A DNA stretch of 64,000 nucleotides from an uncultured Acidobacteriota bacterium (GTDB lineage: Bacteria > Acidobacteriota > Thermoanaerobaculia > UBA5066 > Gp7-AA6). The notes under the pieces are model-generated. The model worked only from the letters and a program-made list of their open reading frames with translations, ran no database searches and was not told where the DNA came from. A program made the position numbers and the translations under genes. This document shows, piece after piece, positions 19,402 through 29,909 of the stretch. Numbering within the stretch: position 1 is the first letter of the stretch; the number at the start of each line of letters is the position of its first letter. The stretch spans positions 181,624 through 245,623 of the forward strand of contig CAVZDB010000005.1 of NCBI GenBank assembly GCA_963773905.1. The letters are read 5' to 3'.

Positions 19402-19880
19402 ATGAAGCCAAAGAACACGATCTGCCTCTGGTTCGACAAGGACGCGCATCGAGGCGGCGCGCTTCTACGCCGCCACCTTTCCGGACAGTGAAGTGACCGC
19501 CGTTCACAAGGCGCCCGAGCGACTACCCGGGCGGCAAGGAGGGCGATGTGCTGACGGTGGAGTTCACCGTTCTGGGCATTCCCTGTCTCGGTCTCAACGG
19601 CGGCCCGACGTTCAAGCACAGCGAGGCCTTTTCCTTCCAGATCGCGACGGACAATCAGGAAGAGACGGACCGCTACTGGAACGCGATCGTCGGCAATGGC
19701 GGCAAGGAAAGCGCGTGCGGCTGGTGCAAGGACCGCTGGGGCCTCTCCTGGCAGATCACCCCGCGCGCGCTGACCGACGCGCTTGCGGCCGGCGGCGCTG
19801 AGGCAAAGCGTGCCTTCGAGGCGATGATGCCGATGAAGAAGATCGACGTCGCCACCATCGAGGCCGCGCGGCGGGGCTGA
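19402..19880 (+). CDS. VOC family PhnB-like protein, frameshifted
   Basis: MKPKNTICLWFDKDA, LNGGP and ESACGWCKDRWGLSWQI; indels near 19450 and 19520. Confidence 0.85.
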
Positions 19881-19883
19881 CGG

Positions 19884-20093
19884 TCAGCCGAGAAGCGTCA
19901 CTCCGCCTTTCCGGCCGGCGAGCTGTTCTCCTGCGGCGCCTTCGTCTCCGGGGCCGGGCCCTGGAGGCGCATCCGCGGCTTTGATCGAGTCCTTGAAACC
20001 ACGAATCGCCTCGCCCAGGCCCTTGCCGAGCTCGGGAAGTTTTTTCGGACCGAAGACGATCAGGGCGATGAAGAGGATCACAACCAGATGCAT
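19884..20093 (-). CDS. tatA: Twin-arginine translocase TatA/E subunit
   Basis: [26 protein letters not shown]. Confidence 0.88.
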   Translation of the reverse strand: MHLVVILFIALIVFGPKKLPELGKGLGEAIRGFKDSIKAADAPPGPGPGDEGAAGEQLAGRKGGVTLLG

Positions 20094-20207
20094 CGGTTGA
20101 AGCAGGCCTTCACCCGAATCTCTACAACTCCTGTCCTGACGTCATGACGCATCCTCCCCAGTGGGGAACGGGCCTTCACCCGCGTTCGTTACCGCCGCCC
20201 CGCTAGA

Positions 20208-21002
20208 ATGCCGCCGATGCCTCCTCGCGCTCCCCGATCCCCGTCCCCGCGGCCCTCGGCCGGCGGAAAACGCGGCGTGCGCAAGAGTCTCGCGGAGTCC
20301 ACCTCCCGGCTCATCCGCCACCTCGAGAAGAGAAACGACATCCTGCTGCTCACCACGAGCACCCGCTATCGAAAGGACACCTGGGACGTCCCGAAGACGA
20401 CCCAGCTCGCGCGGCGTGTCCGGGATCACTTAAAACAGAAGAAGAGACGCGTCACCCTGCTCGACGTCGCGGAGCTGAAGATCTACACCTGCGAGGGCAA
20501 CGTCAGCGGAGGGAAGGGAAACCGGTGCGGGCTGCTCGAGGCGAGGCTGCGCGATCGCTCCAAGAACCCGACCGGCCATCATCGCTGCTGGGCCTCGATC
20601 AACAACGAGGACGATCAGCTCTACAAGATCAGCCGCGAGCTCTTCCGCTCCCGGGTGGTCGTCTTCTTCGTCTCCGTCCGCTGGGGGCAGACCAACAGCG
20701 TGTATCAGCGTCTCTTCGAGCGTCTCAGCTGGATCGAGAACCGGTTCACCACTCTGGGAGAGGCGCCCATCCCGCAGCTCAAAGGGCTCGAGGCCGGGAT
20801 GGTGGTCTTCGGCCAGAACTGGAACGACGCGCAGGTCCTGAAGACCCAGCGTCAGAATTTCAAATGGTTTGCCTGGAAGACTCCTTCCCCGCTCAGCTTC
20901 TACTGGCAATTCACGAGGGATGCGGAGGACGAGTCGCCCGAGTCCTACCTCGGCGCGATCGAGGAATTCAAGGCGCTGCTGAGGGCCGAGTTTCCCAACT
21001 GA
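20208..21002 (+). CDS. Flavodoxin-like fold protein (NADPH-dependent FMN reductase-like)
   Basis: LLLTTS...PKTTQLA, CEGNVS, HRCWAS and SVRWGQ; family assignment tentative. Confidence 0.6.
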   Translation: MPPMPPRAPRSPSPRPSAGGKRGVRKSLAESTSRLIRHLEKRNDILLLTTSTRYRKDTWDVPKTTQLARRVRDHLKQKKRRVTLLDVAELKIYTCEGNVSGGKGNRCGLLEARLRDRSKNPTGHHRCWASINNEDDQLYKISRELFRSRVVVFFVSVRWGQTNSVYQRLFERLSWIENRFTTLGEAPIPQLKGLEAGMVVFGQNWNDAQVLKTQRQNFKWFAWKTPSPLSFYWQFTRDAEDESPESYLGAIEEFKALLRAEFPN

Positions 21003-21012
21003 TCGGCGGACC

Positions 21013-21931
21013 CTACGATCGACGACCGCCGAACTCATCCGCGTGAAGCGACACAAATTCCCGGACGCTCATCGCCGGCCGGCCGGTCACCCGCTCCACG
21101 CCGTCCGCCAGCCGGTCATACCGACCCGCCCGGTTCAACTCGGCCATCGTCACCAGATGCCGGGTCAGGTGCTCCGGCAACCCCGCCTTTTTCAGCTCCC
21201 GTTCCCAATCCTCGGGGGGGATGTCCGCGTACGTGACCTCGCGGTTCAGCGCGTCCGAGTATTCCCGGGCGACCCCGTGCATGTCCTGCGACCGCGGGCC
21301 GGTGAGTTCGTAGATCCGGCCCAGGTGCGGCCCAGGGTCGGCGAGGACGGCAGCGACTACCCGAGCGACATCGGCCGCGGCAACCGGAGATGGTCTTGCC
21401 CCGCCCGAACGGCAGTTCGATGCGGCCTCGGTCGCGGACGCTCGGACCGGTGAGCGGGAGGAAGAAGCCCTCCAGGAAGACCGTCGGCCGGATGGTGACG
21501 ACCGGCAGGCCGGACCACGCGAGCGCCTGCTCGCTGAGCCAGTGCTGCCGCTGCTGCGGGCTCGGGGTGGTGTTCTGGATGCTCATCTGGGAGACGGTCA
21601 TCTGGGACATGTTGACCAGGGCGTCCACCCCGACTTCCCGGGCGACCGCCGCCATGGTCACGGTCGCCTCCAGGTACCCGGCGGACACGGACATGCCGAA
21701 GTAGACCCGCCGACAGCCGCTGACGACCCGATAGACGTCGGCCGGTTCGAGCAGGTCTCCGACCACCACCTCGGCGCCGGCGGCCCGCAAGGCCGCCGCC
21801 CGGTCGTCCTCGCGGCGGACCATGGCGCGAACCGGAAGCCCGCGATCGAGGAGCAGGCCGGTCACGGTTCGCCCGACCGCCCCGAGTTGACCGGCTGCCC
21901 CGGTTACGAGGATCGATCCGTCATCGGCCAT
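21013..21931 (-). CDS. NmrA-like NAD(P)H-binding protein, frameshift near 21385
   Basis: ILVTGAAGQLG, IRPTVFLE and GVERVTGRPAMSVREFV across two frames. Confidence 0.85.
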
Positions 21932-21952
21932 AGGACGATTCCTTTGGGCCTT

Positions 21953-21999
21953 GGGGTCAACGCTGAAAAACTGAATTCAGGGATTCAGCATTTGAACCC
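21953..21999. repeat. GGGGTCA-family inverted dimer (GGGGTCAACGCTGAA variant)
   Basis: ggggtcaacgctgaa...ttcagcatttgaaccc; similar copies at 26969 and 31118. Confidence 0.85.
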
Positions 22000-22021
22000 A
22001 TTCCTGTTTGGGGTCTACCGT

Positions 22022-22291
22022 CTACCGGCGTTTTCCGGTCGCGGGGGACTTGGCCTTCCTGGGCTGGGAGGCCGCTGCCTTCTCGACCGCCTTGGTGAGA
22101 CTCTCGGCGAGCTTCTGCGAGTCCTTGCTGGCACGGCCGAGCTCGCCCGCCGGAGCGGTCTCGCGCTTCCCGAGCACCCACTCCAGGGCGTAGGTCATCG
22201 CAGCGCCTTCCGCGATGTAGAAGCCGCTGAGCTCCTTGACGCGTTCGCGGATGGCCGACACCTGGCTCTTGATCTCGTTTTCGGATTTCAC
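22022..22291 (-). CDS. Small hypothetical protein, cassette A copy 1
   Basis: Near-identical to 27032-27310 at DNA and protein level. Confidence 0.75.
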   Translation of the reverse strand: MKSENEIKSQVSAIRERVKELSGFYIAEGAAMTYALEWVLGKRETAPAGELGRASKDSQKLAESLTKAVEKAAASQPRKAKSPATGKRR

Positions 22292-22326
22292 GGCAGGATC
22301 CTGACATAGGCGCGAGGCCCAGGGCA

Positions 22327-22340
22327 GGGGTCAGTCCTGA
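22327..22340 (+). repeat. GGGGTCAGTCCTGA site
   Basis: Exact core, 36 bp from the start codon of cassette A copy 1. Confidence 0.8.
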
Positions 22341-22530
22341 TCCCCAACCCGGCCTCAACAGACTCCTTTAGGCCTGGTGATGAATCGCTGATCGAAAAAC
22401 AGCTTGCCCGTGCCGACCCTGGGGCGTAGATCGGGGGATGGATTCACGAGAATGAGTCTCTACCCAACTGCCCGGCCTCCTGTTCCGCGAAAAATCAAGA
22501 CTGACCCCTACCCTCTCGAGGAGGCACGTC

Positions 22531-24576
22531 ATGCTCAAAGCGATCCCCCGCGTCCTCCCTCGCATTCTGGCTCTCGGCCTTGCGGTCGGCCTCGGACTCG
22601 TCACGCAGCCGGCCGCCGCGTCGGCCGGCGAATGGACCCCGATCGGGCCGACGGGCGTCGGCATGGTGACCGCCATCGCCGCCGGCCGCACCGCGATGTA
22701 CGCCGCGACGTGCGGCGGCGTGTACCGCTCCGACGACGGCGGCGCGAGCTGGCGCGAGACGGGACCCGCGCGCGCCTGCGTCGTCCGGCTCGCCGTGGAC
22801 CCGCGGCCGGACGCGGACACGCTCTATGCGATCGTCGACACGCACTTCTTCGTCTCCCCGCGTCCGGAGCCCAGCTTCATCGGATTGTCGGGACTCTTCG
22901 TGGAGTCCACGCTCTGGGTCTCCCGCGACGGCGGGCAGTCCTGGACGCAAACGTCGGTCTTCAGCGGCCATTCGGTCGCGGTCGATCTCAGTCAACCCGA
23001 GACCGCGTACGTGGCCAACTACGACCCGGCGTATGCCCCGCTGGAAGTGACCCACGACTCCGGAGCGACCTGGAGCCGCGTTGAGAACGCTCCGGACGCG
23101 ATCTTCGCCGAGATCGCATCGGATCCGCGCGACGGGACCCTCTACGGAGCAAGCGGATTTGGAGCAAGCGGATTTCTCAGCATCTATTCCGGGGGGTCAT
23201 GGTCCGCCCTCGCGATCCAGGTCATCAGCGTCGCAGCCGGCTCCGGCTCCGATGGCGCCGTCTACGCGGCGGGGTTCGAGAACTTCTGCCGCAAAACGAC
23301 CGCCGCGCCCTGGAGCTGCACCGGGCTTCCCGGAACCACGGTGATCCACATCGCCGAGATTCCTGCCTCGCAGACGCAGCCGGCGCGAATCCTCATCGGC
23401 ACCTTCCACGGCTTGATGTCGAGCAACGACGGCGGCGCGACCTTCTCGCCCGTGTCGTCCGTCCCCGCCGCCTTCCTCCCCGCGGCCGCCGTCGATTCCT
23501 CAGGGAGCATCGCCTACGTCGGGAACGACACCGGCGTCTACCGCAGCGCAGACCGCGGGGTGACCTGGACCAGCTCGAGCGCGGGCCTGAGCTCCACGTG
23601 GGTGCGGGCGCTGGCCGTCGACCCCTCCGACCCCTCCACGATCTGGGCCGGCGCGGAGAGCCGGATCTACGACGTCACCCAGGCCGGCGCGGGAATCTTC
23701 CGCTCGACCGACGGCGGCCAATCGTGGACCAGCGTCTCCGTGAACGGGGAGCCCGGATATGTCTTCAGCCTCGGCCTCGATCCGTCGAATCCACACAACC
23801 TCTACACCGGCTCCATCGGCAAAGTGGATCGCACATCCGACGGCGGCGTGAGCTGGTCGATCGCCCAGGCCTTGTCGAACTTCGTTTACGCGCTCGCGGT
23901 CGACCCCGACTCGTCTGAGGTGTGGGCGGGGTCCGACGGCTTCTTGACGAAGAGTACCGATGGCGGAGAGACCTGGTCGGTCGCCCTGTCCCAGAGCGTC
24001 TACTCCATCCTCTTCGACTCGCGGCATCCGGGGACGATCTACGCCGGCGCCGCGAGGGAGGACCAGGGCTCCTACTATCCCTTCGGATCCGGTTTCGCGG
24101 TCCAGACCAGCCGCGACGCCGGCGCCACGTGGAAGCGCGTCGGCACCGCGCAGGAGGGCGGGGTAACGGCGCTCGCAACCGATCCCTTCTCCGACAACGT
24201 CGTCTACGCCGGCACATACGCGGGGACGATCCTCCGCAGTCCCGATGCCGGCGCGACCTGGGAGCGGTGGGATTCGCACTACGACGGCTACTCGGTCTTC
24301 GCTCTCGTTGCCGATCCCGCGCGATCCGGCCAGCTCTACATCGGAGGCTGGAACGGCGTGTATCGCTCGCAGGACGGAGGCCGGTCCTGGGTCCTCTTCT
24401 CGGAGGGTCTCGAAACGTATGGCGTCTTCGGTCTCGCCATCACGCCCGACGGCGCGCGGCTCTACGCGGGTACGACCGGCGGCGGCGTGTACCGCCGCGA
24501 CCTCTTCACCGCCGAGCGCGAGCCCCCGAACCCCGTGAGCGCAACGCGTGGGGCTCGAATCGTCCTGCGGCCCTGA
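22531..24576 (+). CDS. Secreted Asp-box/BNR beta-propeller protein
   Basis: GAGGAGG RBS, signal peptide and repeated SxDGGxSW; paralog of 8344-10385. Confidence 0.88.
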   Translation: MLKAIPRVLPRILALGLAVGLGLVTQPAAASAGEWTPIGPTGVGMVTAIAAGRTAMYAATCGGVYRSDDGGASWRETGPARACVVRLAVDPRPDADTLYAIVDTHFFVSPRPEPSFIGLSGLFVESTLWVSRDGGQSWTQTSVFSGHSVAVDLSQPETAYVANYDPAYAPLEVTHDSGATWSRVENAPDAIFAEIASDPRDGTLYGASGFGASGFLSIYSGGSWSALAIQVISVAAGSGSDGAVYAAGFENFCRKTTAAPWSCTGLPGTTVIHIAEIPASQTQPARILIGTFHGLMSSNDGGATFSPVSSVPAAFLPAAAVDSSGSIAYVGNDTGVYRSADRGVTWTSSSAGLSSTWVRALAVDPSDPSTIWAGAESRIYDVTQAGAGIFRSTDGGQSWTSVSVNGEPGYVFSLGLDPSNPHNLYTGSIGKVDRTSDGGVSWSIAQALSNFVYALAVDPDSSEVWAGSDGFLTKSTDGGETWSVALSQSVYSILFDSRHPGTIYAGAAREDQGSYYPFGSGFAVQTSRDAGATWKRVGTAQEGGVTALATDPFSDNVVYAGTYAGTILRSPDAGATWERWDSHYDGYSVFALVADPARSGQLYIGGWNGVYRSQDGGRSWVLFSEGLETYGVFGLAITPDGARLYAGTTGGGVYRRDLFTAEREPPNPVSATRGARIVLRP

Positions 24577-24612
24577 GTTTTGGCCCGGGTCCGCTTCGAG
24601 CTTCGGTGCTGC

Positions 24613-24640
24613 GCTGCTACGCTGCTACGCTGCTACGCTG
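24613..24640 (+). repeat. Short tandem repeat (GCTGCTAC) x3.5
   Basis: gctgctac gctgctac gctgctac gctg, intergenic. Confidence 0.7.
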
Positions 24641-24672
24641 TCGCCGCGATCGCTGGAGGGTAGGAGGTGAAC

Positions 24673-25098
24673 ATGAAGGCTTCCCTGCTCTATCGAACCG
24701 CCGCGGTTCTCTTGCTGCTCTTTGCCGTCGGCCACACGCTCGGGTTTCGCGAATCCGATCCCGCGTGGGGCGTCGATGCGCTTGTTGGCTCGATGCGGTC
24801 ACTTCACTTCGACGTGCAGGGATTCAGCCGGACCTATTGGGATCTCTTTCTCGCGGCGGGATTCTCGGTCGGCGTGCTCTATCTCTTCGCGGCGGTGTTG
24901 GCGTGGCAGCTCGGTGGCCTTCCGGCGGAGACCCTGGCGGTCATGCGCTTGACCGCGTGGGCCTTCGCCGTTTGCTTCGCCGCCATCACGGTCGTGAGCT
25001 GGAGATACCTCTTCATCCTGCCCCTCGCGTTTTCGGGCGTGATCACGCTGGCTTTGACCGCGGCGGCGTGGCGTTCAGGCTCGAGAGCTCAGGCCTGA
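24673..25098 (+). CDS. Hypothetical membrane protein
   Basis: AGGAGG RBS, about four hydrophobic segments, LFAVGHTLGF. Confidence 0.75.
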   Translation: MKASLLYRTAAVLLLLFAVGHTLGFRESDPAWGVDALVGSMRSLHFDVQGFSRTYWDLFLAAGFSVGVLYLFAAVLAWQLGGLPAETLAVMRLTAWAFAVCFAAITVVSWRYLFILPLAFSGVITLALTAAAWRSGSRAQA

Positions 25099-25160
25099 TC
25101 CTGCCGGTCTCCGCGCCGTCTCTTGGCGTGAACAGGTGGCAAAGAAGCTTCCTCGTGCGA

Positions 25161-25186
25161 AATACACGAATACACGATTGACTCCC
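25161..25186 (-). repeat. GGGGTCA-family site matching the RAYT terminal repeat
   Basis: aatacacgaatacacgattgactccc versus tacaggaatacacgattgacccc at 34984. Confidence 0.8.
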
Positions 25187-25198
25187 AGGCCATCCGGC

Positions 25199-25594
25199 CT
25201 AACCGTGAACGTACTTTTGAAGCTCGATCACTGCGCCCGAGCGGGTTCCAAGCTGGTAGACGAGCACCTTGTCTTTCCCAATCGTCAGGACGATGCCGTG
25301 CGTGAGCTTGTCGTCGCTCCTGGTCTCTTTCGCCTGCGGCAACGCGTGGCGATACCAGTCCTCCACCACACCGAGGGAATCCCTGGTCTGCGCGGTGTAG
25401 ATGGAATACGTCAGGCCATTCGTGGTGGAGGGCGGGTACTGGGTTCCGGTCGTGGCGCTCGGGTAGAGCGGCAGGCCCGTCTCGTTCTTCTGATTTTCCT
25501 CCGCCAACGACCGCCCCGGCGCGACAAGCCCGGCGATGACAAGGACAAGGGCCGCGGCGACGATGAGGCCACCGTGTCGGAACTTCATGACCAC
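25199..25594 (-). CDS. Secreted hypothetical protein (cassette-like)
   Basis: GAGGAGG RBS, signal peptide, GLPLYPSA. Confidence 0.75.
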   Translation of the reverse strand: MVMKFRHGGLIVAAALVLVIAGLVAPGRSLAEENQKNETGLPLYPSATTGTQYPPSTTNGLTYSIYTAQTRDSLGVVEDWYRHALPQAKETRSDDKLTHGIVLTIGKDKVLVYQLGTRSGAVIELQKYVHG

Positions 25595-25826
25595 CTCCTC
25601 GAATTCACGTTCTCCTGCGCCAGTCTAACGTTGTCGAGTCTCGCCGTGAGATACAGGAGTGCGCGTCGGCCCCAGAGAGACAGCGAAGTCAGGAAGTCCA
25701 GACTGACGCTGGGGCGGCACTAGAATGCCGGCGATGCCTCCTCGCGGCTGGCGATCCGTATACCCATCCACGCGGCGCTCGGTCGGTGCACCACGCGGCG
25801 TGCGCGAGAGCCCTCGGCGCGACGAT

Positions 25827-26618
25827 CTAGATCATTGTGTAGTGAATCTTGGCTCCGCCGTCTTTCTCGCCAAGGACGAGTGTTGCCTGGATGACATAAG
25901 GCGCCTCGCGTGTGACCCACCACGTGCTCGAGCCGTAGAGCTTCGTCTCGATCTGGACGACCCACGTCTCCGCCGTCTTGCCCTTTCCGGCCGGCACGGT
26001 CTCACGGCCACTGACGCGCAGATGGATCCAGTCCACCGCGGCGCGATCGGTGTCGAACCCCGAGAAGCTGACCTCGTAGCCCTCGCGTAAGGGAAACGCG
26101 TCGATCAGGATTCCGTACATCCCGTCGTAGAAGTCGAGGACGCGGTGGTCCAACTTCGCTACGTAGTCCTGAGCGAAGTCGTCGTCCGAGCCGGGCCTCC
26201 TGAGGAAGCGGATCGACTGGCCGTCGGACTCGAGGTGCCGGGACTCGCCGTTGTCGCTCCGCGTGTAGTCGAAGACATGGACCGCCATCGACTTCGGGTC
26301 GAAGACGTCCACGAACGTGATCCGGATCCCCTTCTTGTACTCGGCGACTTGAGTGCGCTTCAGAGCCGGACGCCCTCCAAAGGAGACCGACTCCATCACG
26401 TCCGTCCACACTCCGGCCTCGACCGGCGCCGACCCCGGCTTCTCGATCGAGAACGACCAACGGTTTGTGTAGGGGTGCAGAAACGAACCATTCACCACCG
26501 GATCGCCGCCCTCGACGCGAGGCCACTCCTCGGCGCTCATCCCTTCGCCGACGAGAAGACACAGCACGGCGCAGGCTGCGGCAGATGCCACCCGTCTGCC
26601 GATGATTGGGATTCGCAT
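25827..26618 (-). CDS. Secreted hypothetical protein, possibly DUF3108-like
   Basis: Signal peptide; VSGRETVPAG...ETWVV beta-rich pattern. Confidence 0.7.
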   Translation of the reverse strand: MRIPIIGRRVASAAACAVLCLLVGEGMSAEEWPRVEGGDPVVNGSFLHPYTNRWSFSIEKPGSAPVEAGVWTDVMESVSFGGRPALKRTQVAEYKKGIRITFVDVFDPKSMAVHVFDYTRSDNGESRHLESDGQSIRFLRRPGSDDDFAQDYVAKLDHRVLDFYDGMYGILIDAFPLREGYEVSFSGFDTDRAAVDWIHLRVSGRETVPAGKGKTAETWVVQIETKLYGSSTWWVTREAPYVIQATLVLGEKDGGAKIHYTMI

Positions 26619-26746
26619 GCGAGCCTCCAAGCCTGGCGCCTCGACCCATCGACGAGGCCGCACTGCCCTTGTTACCGTCCTCCCTGCCGGAATCCAACGA
26701 CGAAGGGTCGAACGACCATTTCGGCCGGCCGAAGCCGTGTCTGTGC

Positions 26747-26770
26747 GGGTCAGTCCAGATCTCTGATCTT
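26747..26770 (+). repeat. GGGGTCA-family site
   Basis: gggtcagtccagatctctgatctt. Confidence 0.75.
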
Positions 26771-26968
26771 GTGCGCAGTCAATGCGCTGGCCACGTCTCT
26801 GTGATCTTCACGAAGCGACCTCGCGAGGGCGTCTGACCCGTGCACGTCGCCAACGTGCTTTCAACCAGTGTTTCGATGCCCTTCGCCACAGCCATGGCCG
26901 ACAGCATCACCCGGGATCAGACGGGTGGCTTCCATTGCAAAGGCCTCCGTTTGATCTGGTCGCGGCCT

Positions 26969-27016
26969 GGGGGTGAACGCTAAAAAGCTGAATTCAGGGG
27001 TTCAGCGTTTGAACCC
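26969..27016. repeat. GGGGTCA-family inverted dimer (AACGCTGAA variant)
   Basis: gggggtgaacgctaaaaagctgaattcaggggttcagcgtttgaaccc. Confidence 0.8.
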
Positions 27017-27031
27017 ATTCCTGTTCGGAGC

Positions 27032-27310
27032 CTACCGGCGTTTTCCGGCCGCGGGGGACTTGGCCTTTTTGGCCTTCTTGGCCTGGGAGGCCGCCGCCTT
27101 CTCGACCGCCTTGGTGAGACTCTCGACGAGCTTCTGCGAGTCCTTGCTGGCGCGGCCGAGCTCGCCCGCCGGAGCGGTCTCGCGCTTCCCGAGCACCCAC
27201 TCCAGGGCGTAGGTCATCGCGGCGCCTTCCGCGATGTAGAAGCCGCTGAGCTCCTTGACGCGCTCGCGGAGGGCCGACACCTGACCCTTGATCTCGGTCT
27301 CGGATTTCAC
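27032..27310 (-). CDS. Small hypothetical protein, cassette A copy 2
   Basis: MKSETEIKGQVSALRERVKELSGFYIAEGAAMTYALEWVLG. Confidence 0.75.
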   Translation of the reverse strand: MKSETEIKGQVSALRERVKELSGFYIAEGAAMTYALEWVLGKRETAPAGELGRASKDSQKLVESLTKAVEKAAASQAKKAKKAKSPAAGKRR

Positions 27311-27351
27311 GGCAGGATCCTGACACAGTCAGGACGGACGCCAGCTAGCCC

Positions 27352-28239
27352 TCATGCCCCTTCGATCGGACCGGGTACACAAACGGTGATGGCACCAGCC
27401 TCCACATGGACATCGAGACGCTTCACCGGAGCCCGGGTGCTTCCATCGAGCTCATACGCCTGCTTGTGACGGAACTCAACGACGATCCTCTTTGCCTGCC
27501 TGATGTCGACGAGCGGGGAGCGGTCGGGGCGACCTCCCGCGACTCGTGAGAAGACCCTCAACCACTGGAAGGCGGTCCGCGCGGTGACGACCCCAACGTC
27601 GAGCTGACCGTCGGAGGGCGAGGCGTCCGTGAAGACGGTGACCCCACCCGTAATCGTACCGATGTTGCCGATGAGCAGACAGCTCGCGTTACCCTCGAAC
27701 CAGATCGTGTCGTCCAGACGGACTTGCATCCAGAGCCGCTTCGCAAACATCGCTTTCACACCGTTGCCCAGGTAGGCCAGGCGCCCCAATCGCCTCTTGG
27801 CCTTGCCCTTCGTGTCGGCGATGATCGCGTCGAATCCCGTCCCGGCCATCGCCGCGAAGCGCTCTCCGTTCAGGACACCGACGTCGAGGCGCCGGTGAGT
27901 CCCCGTGAGTCCGATCTCGACGCATTTCGCGATGTCCCTGGGAATCCCAAGACTCGTGGCCAGGAGATTGCCGGTGCCGGCAGGCAGGATGGCCATCGCC
28001 GTCTCCGATCCGGCCAGGACATCGATGCAGCGCTGGACCATTCCGTCGCCGCCCCAAACGAAAACGAGCGTTGCGCCGTCCTTGACTGCCTTGCGCACCG
28101 CATCAGGCGCCTTCTTGCTCTTCGGTACCTCGTACCAGATGGGTTGCCGATACCCGCGGGCGGCGAGCGCTCCTCGCAACTTCTCCAGACCACCTCCCAG
28201 CGTCTTACCGCTGTGAGCAACGACGGCAATCTCGGCCAC
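27352..28239 (-). CDS. Diacylglycerol kinase family (YegS/DagK-like) lipid kinase
   Basis: WGGDGM, LPAGTGNLLA, GTGFDA and YELDG motifs. Confidence 0.9.
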   Translation of the reverse strand: MAEIAVVAHSGKTLGGGLEKLRGALAARGYRQPIWYEVPKSKKAPDAVRKAVKDGATLVFVWGGDGMVQRCIDVLAGSETAMAILPAGTGNLLATSLGIPRDIAKCVEIGLTGTHRRLDVGVLNGERFAAMAGTGFDAIIADTKGKAKRRLGRLAYLGNGVKAMFAKRLWMQVRLDDTIWFEGNASCLLIGNIGTITGGVTVFTDASPSDGQLDVGVVTARTAFQWLRVFSRVAGGRPDRSPLVDIRQAKRIVVEFRHKQAYELDGSTRAPVKRLDVHVEAGAITVCVPGPIEGA

Positions 28240-28360
28240 GAGGGGAAAAGTCTACTTCTCGCGGGGCCGAGGCGACGGTCCGGGGGGTCCGTACATCAGG
28301 CGTTGGATTCGGCGGCGCAGGAGTATCACCGAACTCGTCGCACGGCGCCCGAGGCTCAGA

Positions 28361-28383
28361 ATCAAAGGATCAGGACTGAACCC
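28361..28383 (-). repeat. GGGGTCA-family site
   Basis: atcaaaggatcaggactgaaccc, 13 bp from the stop codon of the adjacent gene. Confidence 0.8.
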
Positions 28384-28395
28384 ATTGAGTCCCGT

Positions 28396-29123
28396 TCAGT
28401 GCCCGACCTTCGTGTCCTCCGTCCCATCCGACCACTTGGCGACCGGAATCAGGAACACGGTCAGTGCGATTCAGCTTGTCCTCGGCTCCGAAGATCGGAG
28501 AGCCCGGCAGGTCTGCGCCCCACGCCGAAGATTCCGTGAGCGGCATGAAGAACATCAGGTGAGGATGCCAGTGCCCGCCACTATCGCCCAGGTACTGCTG
28601 CTTCGACAGCATGTAGCACATGGCGCCGGGTCCCGGCGCCTGGAATTCCTTCTTGTCGAAAGCGGCCTGGATCGCCTCGGCCATCCGATCCTTGGACTGT
28701 CGACGCCAGGATCGATTCGGTCCTCTTCATCGAGATGGGAACGTAGGACCGCACGGCGGCCGCATTAAAGCAGATCGGACCCCGCAGCTTGGGATTCCAG
28801 AAGTTCGGATCGTCGAGGGGGGCGGACCATCCTCGTTCGACCAGGCACAGGAAGCCGTTCTTTCCCTGGACCGCGGTCTCGTAGCCATGTTGGCCGAGGA
28901 CCATGACCGAGGCATCCCGCGAGATGGATTCCGGAGCGGCGCTGCGCGCCAGCGCGATCTCGGCATCCCGTTCCATCCGATACTGCTCCACCGGCGCCAT
29001 GTTCGGATACGGCGTCGTCTTGGCATCCTGTGCAAGCGCAGCACCCGCCGCGCCCGCGGCGCCGAGCACGACGGCCAGCGCCAGGCGTCTCGAGGCGAAC
29101 GATCCGAGAGTCTTTCGCGACAT
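28396..29123 (-). CDS. Secreted conserved hypothetical protein, frameshifted near 28700 and 28460
   Basis: YPNMAPVEQY, EIALARSAAP, AMCYMLSKQQYL, HWHPHLMF and KWSDGT across frames. Confidence 0.75.
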
Positions 29124-29143
29124 GTGGTCCTCCTTGGGGAGTC

Positions 29144-29548
29144 CTACTTCTTCAGGCTCGTCTTCCAGGTGCCGGTGTCGACGACCTTGCCCTTGTACAA
29201 CGTCTCGAACTTTCCCGAGAACGTCGGGCCGGCCTTCGTGCCCGTGATCCGGGAAGAGGCCTTGTGGCCCTTGACCTCGAAGTCGTAGGCGGCCTCGATG
29301 GAGTCGCCCTTCACGACGAGCGAGGTCACGGGGGATTTCGTTGGCTGCCCGTCCAGCACGGCGATGACTTCGCCGGTCCAGTTGCCGCCTGGGCCCGGGC
29401 TAAAAGTGAGTTGATAGCCGCCGCTCTTGCCTGCCTTATTGACGTATTCGCCGACGTACGTTCCGGCGATATCTTCCTCGGCGCGCACTACGACGGACAT
29501 CAGAATCAGGGCCGCGAGGGTAAGCACAATCGCAAGGTTTCGTCTCAT
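29144..29548 (-). CDS. Secreted hypothetical protein, cassette B copy 1
   Basis: Signal peptide; near-identical to 32939-33337. Confidence 0.75.
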   Translation of the reverse strand: MRRNLAIVLTLAALILMSVVVRAEEDIAGTYVGEYVNKAGKSGGYQLTFSPGPGGNWTGEVIAVLDGQPTKSPVTSLVVKGDSIEAAYDFEVKGHKASSRITGTKAGPTFSGKFETLYKGKVVDTGTWKTSLKK

Positions 29549-29633
29549 GGAGGCAAAGTTACCATCACGGCGAGATGTGAATGAGATGGCGCCGATGACA
29601 GGACTTGAACTGGTGAGCTGCGTGCGGGCGAAA

Positions 29634-29909
29634 TCAGAAATCAGCCGATCGGCGGAAGGGAACGAGTCGGCGGATCCGGCGGTCCCGCAAGTACAGGCCG
29701 CCCCAGGCGAGAATTCCTACGGCCAACGGAATCGCCGCGCGCGCCGCGTCGCCAACCCGCAAATGCGCAGCCACCGCGCCGCCGAGATAGCCAGTCATCA
29801 GGATTGCGGCGAGGACAGACGTTTGCGGGACGAGGTAGAGCACCACCAGGGCGCATTCCGCAATGACGATCGGGAGGATGGCCGATTCGGGATAGCCATA
29901 GCCCGTCAC
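29634..29909 (-). pseudogene. N-terminally truncated DoxX family gene
   Basis: LYLVPQTSVLAAILMTGYLGGAVAAHLRVG is the C-terminal half of DoxX; the 5' part is absent beyond the site at 29916. Confidence 0.7.

Noticed and set aside
24613-24640. (GCTGCTAC)n as a phase-variation tract
   Set aside because: Only 3.5 units, intergenic, with no identifiable promoter elements spanning it.
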